A stretch of DNA of 63,762 bases, filler included. It is 8 parts of 8 records of this genome, joined end to end, with 100 filler letters (N's around TTAATTAATTAA, not from the genome) between each part and the next. Parts side by side here need not be neighbours in the genome. Positions count along the whole stretch, not along the records: positions 22,557 to 32,665 come from SRR31147125_32914; positions 32,766 to 46,299 come from SRR31147125_33028; 6 more parts are not named here. One strand, written 5' to 3'. This document shows, piece after piece, positions 29,670 to 40,493 of this stretch (its first letter is position 1; the number at the start of each line of letters is the position of its first letter). A program made the position numbers and the translations under genes. The notes beneath the pieces were generated by a model. That model was not told the origin of the DNA. It did not search any database and was given only the letters and a program-made list of their open reading frames with translations.

Positions 29670-30185
29670 GGCAAGACCTCCGTTGATGGTGATTCCAAGC
29701 TCCCGGATTGTAAAAGAACGCTGAAACAGTCACTGGGGCGGTCATGGTCCCATCGCTCTTCAAAGGAAAGCATACTCAACTGTCGTCCGCTTGTATATGA
29801 TCTGAATCATATTCACCCCTGCTGTGTTTCGTTTTTAAGCGTGGTTGAAAGAAGTTGACTCTTTGCCGATCGTTGTAGCCAAAAACGGCCAAGCGGCGAT
29901 GGGTCGATTCTGACCGCTACGGGGGCCGTTTCGTCGAACAACGGTCCGTATGTTGTTTCACATGGTGGAACGTTGTTTTTGATTTTGATGCCCATGAGTC
30001 CTTATTAATCTCCACATGCCGGATTTGTCAAGATCATAATCCGATCAAAACTCCTATTCTATCGTTATATTAGGTAATTATTTGAAATTGCAAAAAAAAT
30101 AATTTTTATTCAGTGAATGATATTAATTTATTGACAAGTAAAATGGCTTTGCAATATATAAAAAGTTGAAACTGAGGTGCATAAT

Positions 30186-30983
30186 ATGGAACAAAACGAC
30201 ATCCCGAAAAAACAAACCATTTACCGGGTTCAGGCCCTGGAGCGGGCGTTGGACATTCTTGATGCATTTTCATACCAGCGGCGCAAGATGAACCTCGCCG
30301 ACGTCGTGGCCACATTAGGTCTTAAAAAAGCGACGGCCAAACGCCTGCTGGCCAATCTCACCCAACGCGGTTACCTCAGACTCGATCCGCAGACCAAGCA
30401 GTACGAACTCGGCCTGCGCCTATTTGAATTGGGGGGCGTGGTCCACGCCAGTTTTTCCGTGCGTAAATCGGCGGTACCCCACATGCGTTCCCTCCGGGAT
30501 CAAACCGGATTGAGCGTGCTGCTGGGCCAATGCCAGAGCGATCAGCTGGTCTATGTGGAAAAACTCGATGGAACCAGTGATATTAAAATCTCATCTGCCG
30601 TGGGTGAGCACAACCCCTTGCATTTCGGTATGCTTGGGCAGGTCCTAATGGCTCACCTGCCGATGGAACATGCACAGCGCATTTTAGCCAAGACCCCATT
30701 GCAACCGTTCACGCCCAACAGCATAACCGATTCGGATGCCTTCTGGTTGCGAATGGCTGAAATACGTGAAAAGGGGTGTCTGATTGAAAGCGGCGAGGCA
30801 CACCAAGGGGTCACGGGCTTTGCAGCGCCGATTCACGATTACTCCAGGGAGGTGGTCGCCGCATTGGGAGCAGCGTTGCCCCTCCCAGATTACACCAGTG
30901 AGGACCAGATCAATACCTACATGGCCATGGTTCGCAAGGCGGCGGAAAACATTTCGGCTGAATTGGGTTATCTTAAGATATGA
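30186..30983 (+). CDS. IclR family transcriptional regulator
   Basis: VQALERALDIL, LKKATAKRLL, YELGLRLFELG, FTPNSIT, AAPIHD; TTGACA at 30131 upstream. Confidence 0.95.
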   Translation: MEQNDIPKKQTIYRVQALERALDILDAFSYQRRKMNLADVVATLGLKKATAKRLLANLTQRGYLRLDPQTKQYELGLRLFELGGVVHASFSVRKSAVPHMRSLRDQTGLSVLLGQCQSDQLVYVEKLDGTSDIKISSAVGEHNPLHFGMLGQVLMAHLPMEHAQRILAKTPLQPFTPNSITDSDAFWLRMAEIREKGCLIESGEAHQGVTGFAAPIHDYSREVVAALGAALPLPDYTSEDQINTYMAMVRKAAENISAELGYLKI

Positions 30984-31010
30984 ATCGGTAAAAAACTACA
31001 GGAGGCAAAA

Positions 31011-32632
31011 ATGGATGCAACGCAAGTATTGTTACGCCCTTGGGAGGAAGACTTCGAACTGCCGGAATCCTTTAATATGGCCAGCCTGCTGTTGGAGCGT
31101 CACCTCGAAGGGGGAGAAAGGACAATCCGGCTATCATCTTCCAGGATGATGAGATCACCTATGGCCAACTGGGCCGAATGGCCAACAAGATCGGGAACGG
31201 TCTGCGGGCGCTGGGTGTCAAGCCGCGACAGCGCGTCATTATCCTGCTTTACGATTGTCCTGAGTTTGTTGCACTCTACCTGGGCGCCATGAAGATTGGG
31301 GCGGTACCGGTGCCGATCAACGTTCTTGCCACGACAAAAGACCATTCCTATTTCATCAAGGACAGCCAGGCCACGACCATCGTCATGGAAAACGAGTTTC
31401 ATGCTAAACTGTCCTCCTTTCTAAGCGGCGCCGAGTATGTCAAAAATGTCGTGGTCAACGGCCAGCCGGTCGAGGGCACCGTCCAATTGGCGCAGCTCAT
31501 GGGCGATGCCGGCGATCAACTCGATATTTACCCCTCATCCAAATATGACCACTCCTACTGGCTCTATACATCGGGAACCACCGGCTTCCCCAAAGGGGTC
31601 GTTCATCTTCACAAGGATTTGGTATACGCCGTGGAAACCTGGGGGCGCCACGTGGTCGATTTCAAGCCCGACGATCGCGTCTTCTGTATGTCAAAACTGT
31701 TTTTCTCATATGGCCTCAACTTTTCGCTTTACCTGCCCCTCTATTACGGTGCATCGATGATTCTAAATCCGGATCGGCCCCTGCCCGAAACGATCCTGTC
31801 CATGGTCGAGCGGTATCGCCCCACGGGTCTTTTCTCGGTTCCGACGGCCTATGGACAGATGCTCAACCATTTGGAGAAATCGGATTATGCACCCGATCTG
31901 AGCAGCCTGCGTTTCTGTATTTCCGCCGGCGAAGCACTCCCCGGGTCGCTGTTCAAACGCTGGCAGGATCGGTTCGGTATCGACATTCTGGACGGTATTG
32001 GCTCCTCGGAAGTCTCCTGGGTTCACATCAGCAACCGGCCCGGCGGTGTCAAGGAGAATTCAAGCGGGCTGCCGTTACCGGGATACACCATTGACGTTCG
32101 TGACGAATTTGGAAAATCAGTAGGCCCCTGCGAGGTTGGGGAATTGTGGGTAAAAAGCAAAACCCTGTTTGATTGTTACTGGAACCATCCGGAAAAATCC
32201 GCCGAGACACTGGTGGATGGATGGATGAAAACAGGGGACATGGGCCACCTGGATGCCGACGGGTACTTCTTCTTTTCTGCTCGGGCCAACGACACCATGA
32301 AGGTCTCCGGGATCTGGATGTCTCCGCTGGAGGTCGAAAATGCCCTGCTGAGTCACCCGGCCGTGGCCGAGTGTGCCGTGGTGGGTTTCGAGGATGACAT
32401 GGGGTTGACCAAGCCCAAGGGGTTCGTGGCCTTGAAAGGCGGCTATGAACCCAGCGACGAGTTGGTCAAAGCCCTCCAGGTCCATGTGAAGCAGAACCTG
32501 GCACCCCACAAATATCCCCGTGCAATCCAATTCGTGGATGACCTCCCCAAAACAGCCACGGGGAAGATTCAGCGCTATAAGCTGCGTGAGGTACCTTCAG
32601 TTCCCGACACTTGTGATGGGCCGCGGGCCTGA
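31011..32632 (+). CDS. Benzoate-CoA ligase family protein (frameshift in G-run near 31110-31115)
   Basis: FNMASLLL, WLYTSGTTGFPKGVVH, SKLFFSYGL, SAGEAL, DGIGSSE, KVSGIWMSP, PKTATGKIQR. Confidence 0.92.
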
Positions 32633-32665
32633 TTGCCTTGATGGTTCGGTGAAACGAGGGCAGGC

Positions 32666-32765
32666 NNNNNNNNNNNNNNNNNNNNNNNNNNNNNNNNNNN
32701 NNNNNNNNNTTAATTAATTAANNNNNNNNNNNNNNNNNNNNNNNNNNNNNNNNNNNNNNNNNNNN
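32666..32765. other. Artificial contig spacer
   Basis: N-run/TTAATTAATTAA/N-run. Confidence 0.99.
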
Positions 32766-32767
32766 TT

Positions 32768-32968
32768 TTCAAAGGTTATTTTTCAAGGAACCCATTAAGT
32801 GAATCCTATTTAATGTGTTATTCAGAATTGCAGGGAAGGTATTCAGACAAAGAAATTGAGAAATGGATTCTCATTATAGCCACATCACGAGTAAGTGAAG
32901 GGATTCCCGGCGAATCCAAGCAATCACATAGCATAATTTACGAATACATTGATAAAACAATTACATAA
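32768..32968 (+). CDS. C-terminal fragment of a protein, resembling the APH/phosphotransferase family
   Basis: Open frame from the contig start: ..SYLMCY..EIEKWILIIATSRVSEGIPGE.. Confidence 0.45.
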   Translation, partial: FKGYFSRNPLSESYLMCYSELQGRYSDKEIEKWILIIATSRVSEGIPGESKQSHSIIYEYIDKTIT

Positions 32969-33120
32969 AGATACTTTCAACAATCCGTATTTTGGGTCAA
33001 AATTAAGGTGATTGTGGAAAATTTACCATGGGCCGAGGTGATAGGTCGAGGATAGAATTTTCTCGCGTAACGCGGAATTTGGGCCCAAAGATAATTATTC
33101 AAGGTTCCCAGGAGAAGAAA

Positions 33121-33678
33121 ATGAGCGTTCTAAGTAATCGTGTATACCCTCTTGAAAGAGCAGGCAGTCTTGATAATAGAATCCGGAGGTGGTTTCAAAA
33201 TCCTCAAAAAATACTTCGGCCATATATAAATGAGGGAATGACAGTTCTTGAGGTTGGATGTGGCCCAGGATTTTTCACCGTTGATATGGCGTTCATGGCT
33301 GGCCAATCAGGTCGAGTAATTGCTTGTGACATACAGGAAGGAATGCTTCAAAAGGTAAGAGATAAAATAAACGGTACAGAACTTGAGACGCGAATCAAAC
33401 TCCACAAATGTGAAGAGAGTAAAATAGGCGTATCAGATCATGTCGATTTTGTTTTCTTGTTTTATGTGGTCCACGAGATTCCAAATAAAGAAATGCTTTT
33501 CAGTGAGATATGGTCAGTACTAAACCAAAATGGACAAGTCCTCATAGTAGAGCCTCCATTTCACGTTTCAAAATCCGCGTTTGAAGGGACTATTAAAAAT
33601 GCCAGAGATGTCGGGTTTGTCGATACAGATGGTCCGAACATGCTTTTTCAGAAATCCGTGATACTGAAAAAGGGCTAA
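33121..33678 (+). CDS. Class I SAM-dependent methyltransferase
   Basis: VLEVGCGPGFF, VIACDIQ, VVHE; AGGAG RBS before ATG 33121. Confidence 0.92.
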   Translation: MSVLSNRVYPLERAGSLDNRIRRWFQNPQKILRPYINEGMTVLEVGCGPGFFTVDMAFMAGQSGRVIACDIQEGMLQKVRDKINGTELETRIKLHKCEESKIGVSDHVDFVFLFYVVHEIPNKEMLFSEIWSVLNQNGQVLIVEPPFHVSKSAFEGTIKNARDVGFVDTDGPNMLFQKSVILKKG

Positions 33679-33742
33679 CATTACAATTACCCAAACGGCG
33701 TTCCACTGCGCCACAATGCTGCTTGTGAACTCAACGTTATCT
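33673..33742 (+). repeat. Degenerate integron attC-like site
   Basis: GGCTAAC overlapping the stop codon, ending in GTTATCT; about 70 bp, imperfect central palindrome (ACGGCGTTCCACTGCGCCACAATGCTGC). Confidence 0.5.
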
Positions 33743-33760
33743 TAATGGATTATTGATCAA

Positions 33761-34231
33761 ATGTTATCTATTGAAATACCTGGTTATCGGCATCTGATGT
33801 TGGATCACCTTGTTCTTGATTTTAACGGGACCATTGCTTGCGACGGTAAATTGATTGGTGGCCTTACGCAAGGGCTAGAAAGGATATCTAAGCACTTATC
33901 TATACATGTCATAACGGCAAATACACATGGGTTCGCAGCGGAACAACTTGAGGGGTTACCATGTAAAATAAAAATTTTATCAGCAGGTCGGCAAGAGGAA
34001 GCGAAGGCAGCCTTCGTCAAAGATTTGGGTGAGAGTCACGTTGTTGCCATCGGGAACGGGCGAAATGACAGGATGATGCTAAAAGTTGCCGAAATCGGTG
34101 TAGCCGTGATTTCACCAGAGGCTTTAGCTGTCGAGACCTTATCCGCCGCCGATATTGTTGCGTACGATATTTCGTTCGCTTTGGATTTACTTATTAATCC
34201 GTTACGACTCGTTGCCACTCTCAGGTCATGA
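33761..34231 (+). CDS. HAD-superfamily hydrolase (soluble P-type ATPase-like)
   Basis: LDFNGT, AIGNGRND, RLVATLR. Confidence 0.9.
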   Translation: MLSIEIPGYRHLMLDHLVLDFNGTIACDGKLIGGLTQGLERISKHLSIHVITANTHGFAAEQLEGLPCKIKILSAGRQEEAKAAFVKDLGESHVVAIGNGRNDRMMLKVAEIGVAVISPEALAVETLSAADIVAYDISFALDLLINPLRLVATLRS

Positions 34232-34334
34232 GGGCAGGACAATCTTTGAGTTTACATTTATTCCTGAAATTCAATTAGATTGAAGATATTTACTTCATAT
34301 CGAATACATTACAAACCATTTAAGGGTCCATTCT

Positions 34335-34622
34335 ATGACAGATAATAAGATTTCCAAAGGCAAAGACCCTTTGCATGGAGTAACGCTAAAGAACATGCTG
34401 GAAGACTTAGTAGAATACCATGGATTTCCCTACCTCGCTGACAAGGTTAAAATCAAAGCATTTAGTATGAAACCAACCCTTACCAGTAGTTTAAAATTCC
34501 TTCGCAAAACCCCTTGGGCAAGAGAGAAGGTTGAAAAACTCTATATCTATCACTTTGTGATCCGCAATGAAAAGAAGAGACCTCGCAAAATGCAAGGTAG
34601 CCATGGGAATAGACGTTCATAA
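34335..34622 (+). CDS. VF530/DUF2132 family DNA-binding protein
   Basis: DPLHGVTL..SSLKFLRKTPWAREKVEKLY. Confidence 0.93.
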   Translation: MTDNKISKGKDPLHGVTLKNMLEDLVEYHGFPYLADKVKIKAFSMKPTLTSSLKFLRKTPWAREKVEKLYIYHFVIRNEKKRPRKMQGSHGNRRS

Positions 34623-34728
34623 ACATAAATTGAAAACCAGGCGTTTATCACCCTTCAGCACACTCACCCTCACTTGGACTCACGGAAGATTCCCAATCAA
34701 CTTATCGTTCTAACCAAGGAGAATTCTC

Positions 34729-35211
34729 ATGAGTATAAAAAGTGCATCTATTGTATTAAGGATCTCTGTACTATTTGTCTTCTCGACCGTAACCGTTACA
34801 TTCGCGAGCCCTCCATTACCTATCAATCCTTGTGATTTAATCACGCACATGGAAGCCGAAGAGATTATGGGAGAAACAATGAAGGCCGGTACGTTACGAG
34901 AGCAAAAAGCAACAGGTATGAAATTGTGCCTTTACGAAGCCGCTGCTGACAATTCATTTGCCATGTTGCAAATCAGCATTATTCAAGGGCAAACTGCCAA
35001 AGAGACTTTTTCGATGATCAAAAACAATTTCCCGGACCATGAGATGATTGATGGATTAAGGGACGATGCATTCATTGCTACGCCCGGGATTCACATTTTC
35101 AATACTGATTGTTACTTAACCATCGCAGCAGGTAACCTCAGTCGGAATAAGGACAAAGCACTGGCAGCTGGGAAAAAGTCTGTAACCAACCTTGAAATGG
35201 CGTTGAAGTAG
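34729..35211 (+). CDS. Exported hypothetical protein (DUF3558-like, NPCDLIT..C.Y)
   Basis: Signal peptide; conserved Cys pair; AGGAG RBS. Confidence 0.7.
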   Translation: MSIKSASIVLRISVLFVFSTVTVTFASPPLPINPCDLITHMEAEEIMGETMKAGTLREQKATGMKLCLYEAAADNSFAMLQISIIQGQTAKETFSMIKNNFPDHEMIDGLRDDAFIATPGIHIFNTDCYLTIAAGNLSRNKDKALAAGKKSVTNLEMALK

Positions 35212-35270
35212 ATTCCAAACCCTCTTGCTTTTCAAGGCTACCTTGAAACTGTTTACAATGTGATAATTAG

Positions 35271-36191
35271 ATGAAAGAAAGCCACCATCCCAATAGATCC
35301 AAAAATAAAAAACCAGCGTCCACTACATTTATCATCGAGCAGGAAGATTCGCTCCTTTCATGCCTGATCAGCCATTTCCCAAACAAAAACCGTAAACTTC
35401 TCAAGGTAGTGCTCAGGGACAGGCAGGTTCGGGTCGATGGAAAAGCCATCACACAATTCGATCATAGACTCCGGCCGGGACAGCAGATAGACGTGCGCTG
35501 GGAACGAGAAGCAAAGATTGCGCATCTCTCTACGTTAGACATTATCCACGAAGACCGGGATATAATTGTAATCAACAAACCACCTGGACTTCTCACCATT
35601 GCCACGGATAAGGAAAAACGCAAAACGGCCTACTCGATTCTCAGTAATTACGTCAAAGCAGAATCACCCGATAATAAGATATTCATCATTCACCGAATTG
35701 ATCGAGAAACGTCCGGGCTCCTCATGTTTGCCAGAAGTGAAACGGTCAAACAACAGATACAGAAGACCTGGAATGCAACCATTAGCCGGCGCACCTATAT
35801 CGCGGTGGTGGAAGGTCTCGTGACACCGCCACAGGGAACGGTCACTTCCTGGCTGACCGAAAGCAAAGCCTATATTGTGTACTCCTCGCAGAGGCAGGGA
35901 CAAGGAAAGAAAGCAGTAACTCATTACCGGAAAATCAAAGGTAACAACGCCCTTTCCATGCTGCAGATAAACCTGGAAACGGGCAGGAAACACCAGATCA
36001 GGGTGCATATGCAGGATCTACATTATCCCGTGATTGGCGACAAAAAGTATGGATCAAAGTCCAATCCTCTGAAACGCATGGGATTACACGCCCAGGTACT
36101 TGAATTTACGCATCCGACGACCCGAGAGCGGTGTCGCTTTGACACAGGAATCCCAAAAGCATTCCTGAAACTTTTCGACTCAGCTGGTTAG
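35271..36191 (+). CDS. RluA family pseudouridine synthase
   Basis: INKPPGLL, HRIDRETSG, LETGRKHQIRVH, GDKKYG, LHA. Confidence 0.95.
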   Translation: MKESHHPNRSKNKKPASTTFIIEQEDSLLSCLISHFPNKNRKLLKVVLRDRQVRVDGKAITQFDHRLRPGQQIDVRWEREAKIAHLSTLDIIHEDRDIIVINKPPGLLTIATDKEKRKTAYSILSNYVKAESPDNKIFIIHRIDRETSGLLMFARSETVKQQIQKTWNATISRRTYIAVVEGLVTPPQGTVTSWLTESKAYIVYSSQRQGQGKKAVTHYRKIKGNNALSMLQINLETGRKHQIRVHMQDLHYPVIGDKKYGSKSNPLKRMGLHAQVLEFTHPTTRERCRFDTGIPKAFLKLFDSAG

Positions 36192-36426
36192 CGTAGAATA
36201 AACAAACAATACTCGAAACAAGATTATCGGGAATTCCGCAGTCGGGTGCCACCGGTATGCGACGTTTATCAGCATCTCAAACTTTTTCACACCATCAGTG
36301 ACCTTTCGAGCTGACAAATATTATCTTTTTTATTTTAACCAGAAATGATGGTATGATTTGATACGTGTGATTTTTCAGATCTGACGCTGGAATAAGATTC
36401 TTACCAATAGAGCTTTCGAGGTTCCC

Positions 36427-37272
36427 ATGTACGCTAAGCTTCTTGTCTGTATCCTTTTTCTTCATCTATCCAGTCCGGCTTTTGCCGAAAGTTATAAATT
36501 CGCCGTGTTTCCATCGAATGATCCGGCAAAGCTGATTGTTCCGATGGAAATTTTGGCTGAACATATGAGTCAGGAAAGCGGGGATCAGTTTGTCGCCATT
36601 GTCACTAAAGATTATGCTGAATTGTCAGAACGGCTGAGAAACAAATCGATTCAATTGGCATGGATTAATCCTATTAATTATATCAAGATGAAAGCAGAAA
36701 CCCCTTCCCTTCGATATGTCGCAACATACATGAAAAAAAACAATGACACGGGCCAGATTATCCCGTATTACGAATCGTTTATTATCTCATTAAAAACTTC
36801 AAATATTAAAACTATTCAGGATGCAAAAGATAAGCGATTTGCATTTACTGACCAGGGATCTACATCGGGATATGCAATTCCCTACATGATGTTGTCAAAA
36901 TTGGGAGTCATACCGGAAACATTCTTTCAGAAAATATTTTTCCTCAAAAAGCATGACAGGGTAATTGAAGCTTTGACCAAAGGGTCAATAGATGTGGGTG
37001 CAGTTTCAGATGGCACATACTATACCGCGGTTAAAAAGTATGGGGATATTTATAATATAATTGAAAGATCTGAACCAATCCCGCTCGACCCTATAGTGGC
37101 CACGGAGAATGTTCCATACGAGAAAATACTGTTGTATCAAAAGATATTGAAAAGCATGCCGACGAATCACGAATTCAACCTATCCATGAAGCAAAATTTA
37201 GGATGGAATGCTGCCGGGTTTGATGTCAAGGATGGCGGATTTTATGACGAGATGAGAGAGACCCTGAAATGA
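36427..37272 (+). CDS. PhnD-like phosphate/phosphonate periplasmic binding protein
   Basis: Signal peptide; FAFTDQGSTSGYAIP, HDRVI..G.ID. Confidence 0.9.
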   Translation: MYAKLLVCILFLHLSSPAFAESYKFAVFPSNDPAKLIVPMEILAEHMSQESGDQFVAIVTKDYAELSERLRNKSIQLAWINPINYIKMKAETPSLRYVATYMKKNNDTGQIIPYYESFIISLKTSNIKTIQDAKDKRFAFTDQGSTSGYAIPYMMLSKLGVIPETFFQKIFFLKKHDRVIEALTKGSIDVGAVSDGTYYTAVKKYGDIYNIIERSEPIPLDPIVATENVPYEKILLYQKILKSMPTNHEFNLSMKQNLGWNAAGFDVKDGGFYDEMRETLK

Positions 37273-37353
37273 TTTCATCGCTGGTAACCGTGAAATGTTC
37301 AAGGTATCCTCCATGCGTGCCTTGATTTTGAAATATACTGCAATTTCATAACA

Positions 37354-40300
37354 ATGACCCTATATGCAAAAATATTAACCGTAACGTTACTTCCCCTTAT
37401 TCTGTTTTTGGGTGCGGGTGTATGGCAGATTCAAACAACTGCTAAAAAATATGCCGCATCATTGGACTATTACTATGAAGCGCAGACCGAGAGTGTAAAG
37501 AAGAACATTATTCAAGCCATTTCCCAGATGGAGATCGCCGCATCAGTTCTCTCTGAGTCAGAAGATATATCCAATGCTCTGCAGCGGGCCGACAACGATA
37601 GATTATTTAATCTCAGTCGTAATTTCATCAATACCATTGACTCGGTTGTATTCGCCGATTCCACCGGAATGGTGATCTCACGCGCACCAGACGAATATCA
37701 CTTCGGAGACAGGGTGTCCAGCAATAAGTATTTTGATATGCCCATGAGAAATGGTCAGTTTTTGGGAGCTGAACCAGTTGATGGGAAAATGAGTTTTGTT
37801 TTTTCAAAATCAATTAAACAATATAATGATGTTGATGTTGGTATTGTCTGTATTGGCATCCATATCACTCCTGAGCTATTGAATTCCTTTGCAGACAGCA
37901 CTGATCTGTTCGTTGAATTCGTACATGACGATTTATCTATCAATGGTGCCGGCCTGAAAGAAACAGGAATTGTCCATCGACTTTCATTACCGGAGCTATT
38001 TGATACGCCTGCGACTGGAAACATTACATTTAACCTTCATTTCAGCGAAGACACAAACTACTCTGAACTGCTTACGATACGAAAGTATCTCTATGGCGGT
38101 AGCGCTTTTCTGGCAATAATCCTGATAAGCAGCGTAGTTCTTTTTTTGAATAGTCAGCTAAAACCCTATTCAGTAATCGTGGAGTTGATCTCCCGCCATA
38201 CTGGTAATAAAATTGATACGGATTCCCTCAAGTTTCGGCTCCTCAACATCAAGCGATCCTCCGGAGAACCGATCGCACGTTTTATTGAATCGCTTGTTAA
38301 AATGCTTGAAGTCATAGATGGAAACTTTAAACAAATTGAACAATCCAATGTCGAACTTGAGCGGATTAATTCACAATTGTCCCGTGAGGTCACTGAAAAA
38401 AAGCGGTCTGATAACATAAACAAAGTTTTATTCTCTATCTCAAATGCCGTTAATATTTCAACTGATATAGATGATCTTTACCCTAAAGTTCATCGTCATG
38501 TTTCCCAGGTAATAGATGTCACTAATTTTTTTATTGCTATTGTAAACCAGAAGAAACAAACCCTGTATTTTCCTTATTTCGTAGACACGGTTGATGACGA
38601 TTTCTCTCCAATTACAGATTTTGATCCCGAAGACTCTCTGACGGGTTATGTGGTTGCGAATCGCAAGCCCTTATTAATAAAAAAGAAGGAGCTTCAACAA
38701 CTCGCGAGCAACGATGGAGTATGGGGTCCGGTTCCCGAGATCTGGATGGGGGCCCCCCTGGTGGTAAAAAATGAAATCATCGGGGTAATGGCTGTACAAA
38801 GTTACACAGACCCTCATTTATACAATGAAAAAGACCTGGAGGTGCTGGTATCTATCTCGGATCAAATGGCTATTGCCCTGGATCGGAAGGCCACTGAAGA
38901 GGAACTGGTTAAAAGTGAGAAAAAATATCGATCCATGATGGAGTCATTCGTGGATCCCTTATATATCTGTTCCCCGAATTACCGGATAGAATACATGAAC
39001 CCGGCAATGGTAACCCGCATTGGGCGTGATGCAACAGGAGAACATTGCTACAACAGTATTCATGGCGGAAACAGGAAATGTGAATGGTGCGCTTTTGATC
39101 GGATCAATGCCCAAAGCATCGTTACCAGTGATATTATAAGTCCTCTTGATAACAGAAATTACCGCCTCACCAGTATGCCGATCCAGAACCCAGATGGCAT
39201 AATCTCCAAAATGACCATTTTCCATGACACCACTGACTACATGCAGGCAGTCCGGGAAAAGGAAAAAGCCCAGGGACAATTACTGCAATCACAGAAAATG
39301 GAATTGATCGGTAATTTGGCAGGTGGCATTGCCCACGACTTTAACAATATCCTGTCTTCAATTATCGGATTTACCGAACTTGCTCAGGAAGATGCACTGA
39401 AAGGATCGGAGCAGGATGAAAGCCTGCGTGAGGTATACATTGCCAGCATGAGAGCAAAAGACCTCGTACAGCAGATTCTAGCTTTCGCCCGGCAGACCAA
39501 AGAAGAAACCAGGCCGGTGAGGCTGAGTGATGTTGTCACTGAGGTTCTCAGGTTGCTCCGACCTTCAACTCCATCCAATATTGACATCGATACGAGACTG
39601 GAAACCAGAAAATCAGTCATTGGGAACACCTCGCAACTGCACCAGGTTGTGATGAACCTGTGCACCAACGCGATATACTCACTACAGGGAGAAGGTGGTG
39701 CACTTGAAATTTCCCTGAAGAATATATCCGTTAAGAGTAAGCAAAATTGTGAAGAACCAGATTTGGCGGCGGGCGAGTATGTTGAGCTGACGGTCACCGA
39801 TAATGGCCCGGGTATTGATCCAACTGTTATCGACCATATCTTCGAACCATATTTCACGACCAAAGGGGTCGGCGAAGGGACCGGCATGGGGCTTGCGATG
39901 GTAAAAGGAATTATCGAGAGTTATGGCGGTGATATTCAGGCTAAAAGTGTACAGGGCCTGGAAACAGTGTTATCGATTCGGTTACCGGTAGCGATAACCG
40001 GGGAGGTCGAACCCGTGGCCAGGGATGAGGCGGTAACGAAAGGAGCAGAGAGAATTCTCTTCGTTGACGATGAACCCTCCATTGTCCGCCTGGGAAGCCG
40101 CATGCTCATCAGTCTGGGCTACTCGGTTACCGAACGAACGAGCAGCACCGAGGCACTTGAGCTGTTCAAAAACAGATATGATGATTTCGATCTGATTATA
40201 ACAGATATGACGATGCCGGGTATGACGGGTGATATCCTCGCTCAAAAGATGCAGAAGATACGGGCGAACATTCCGATCATTCTCTGTACCGGGTACAGCA

Positions 40301-40413
40301 GCAGAATAACTGACCAGCGTGCCAGGGAAGTCGGGATAAACGCTCTGGTCAACAAACCATTCACAAAATCGGATTTTGCCAGAACGATACGAGAGGTTCT
40401 GGATAATTGTTGA
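37354..40413 (+). CDS. Hybrid sensor histidine kinase (periplasmic Cache-like, GAF, PAS, HisKA, HATPase, REC)
   Basis: Two TMs; LAGGIAHDFNNIL, QVVMNLCTNA, FEPYFTTK..GTGMGL, ILFVDDE, DMTMPGMTG. Confidence 0.95.
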   Translation: MTLYAKILTVTLLPLILFLGAGVWQIQTTAKKYAASLDYYYEAQTESVKKNIIQAISQMEIAASVLSESEDISNALQRADNDRLFNLSRNFINTIDSVVFADSTGMVISRAPDEYHFGDRVSSNKYFDMPMRNGQFLGAEPVDGKMSFVFSKSIKQYNDVDVGIVCIGIHITPELLNSFADSTDLFVEFVHDDLSINGAGLKETGIVHRLSLPELFDTPATGNITFNLHFSEDTNYSELLTIRKYLYGGSAFLAIILISSVVLFLNSQLKPYSVIVELISRHTGNKIDTDSLKFRLLNIKRSSGEPIARFIESLVKMLEVIDGNFKQIEQSNVELERINSQLSREVTEKKRSDNINKVLFSISNAVNISTDIDDLYPKVHRHVSQVIDVTNFFIAIVNQKKQTLYFPYFVDTVDDDFSPITDFDPEDSLTGYVVANRKPLLIKKKELQQLASNDGVWGPVPEIWMGAPLVVKNEIIGVMAVQSYTDPHLYNEKDLEVLVSISDQMAIALDRKATEEELVKSEKKYRSMMESFVDPLYICSPNYRIEYMNPAMVTRIGRDATGEHCYNSIHGGNRKCEWCAFDRINAQSIVTSDIISPLDNRNYRLTSMPIQNPDGIISKMTIFHDTTDYMQAVREKEKAQGQLLQSQKMELIGNLAGGIAHDFNNILSSIIGFTELAQEDALKGSEQDESLREVYIASMRAKDLVQQILAFARQTKEETRPVRLSDVVTEVLRLLRPSTPSNIDIDTRLETRKSVIGNTSQLHQVVMNLCTNAIYSLQGEGGALEISLKNISVKSKQNCEEPDLAAGEYVELTVTDNGPGIDPTVIDHIFEPYFTTKGVGEGTGMGLAMVKGIIESYGGDIQAKSVQGLETVLSIRLPVAITGEVEPVARDEAVTKGAERILFVDDEPSIVRLGSRMLISLGYSVTERTSSTEALELFKNRYDDFDLIITDMTMPGMTGDILAQKMQKIRANIPIILCTGYSSRITDQRAREVGINALVNKPFTKSDFARTIREVLDNC

Positions 40414-40493
40414 GGGCATTAAGATGAAATTGTTCGCATTGTTGAACATCGTTTTGAGGTTATGCATTCTCAAAAATGTGAGGGCCTGAGAAC

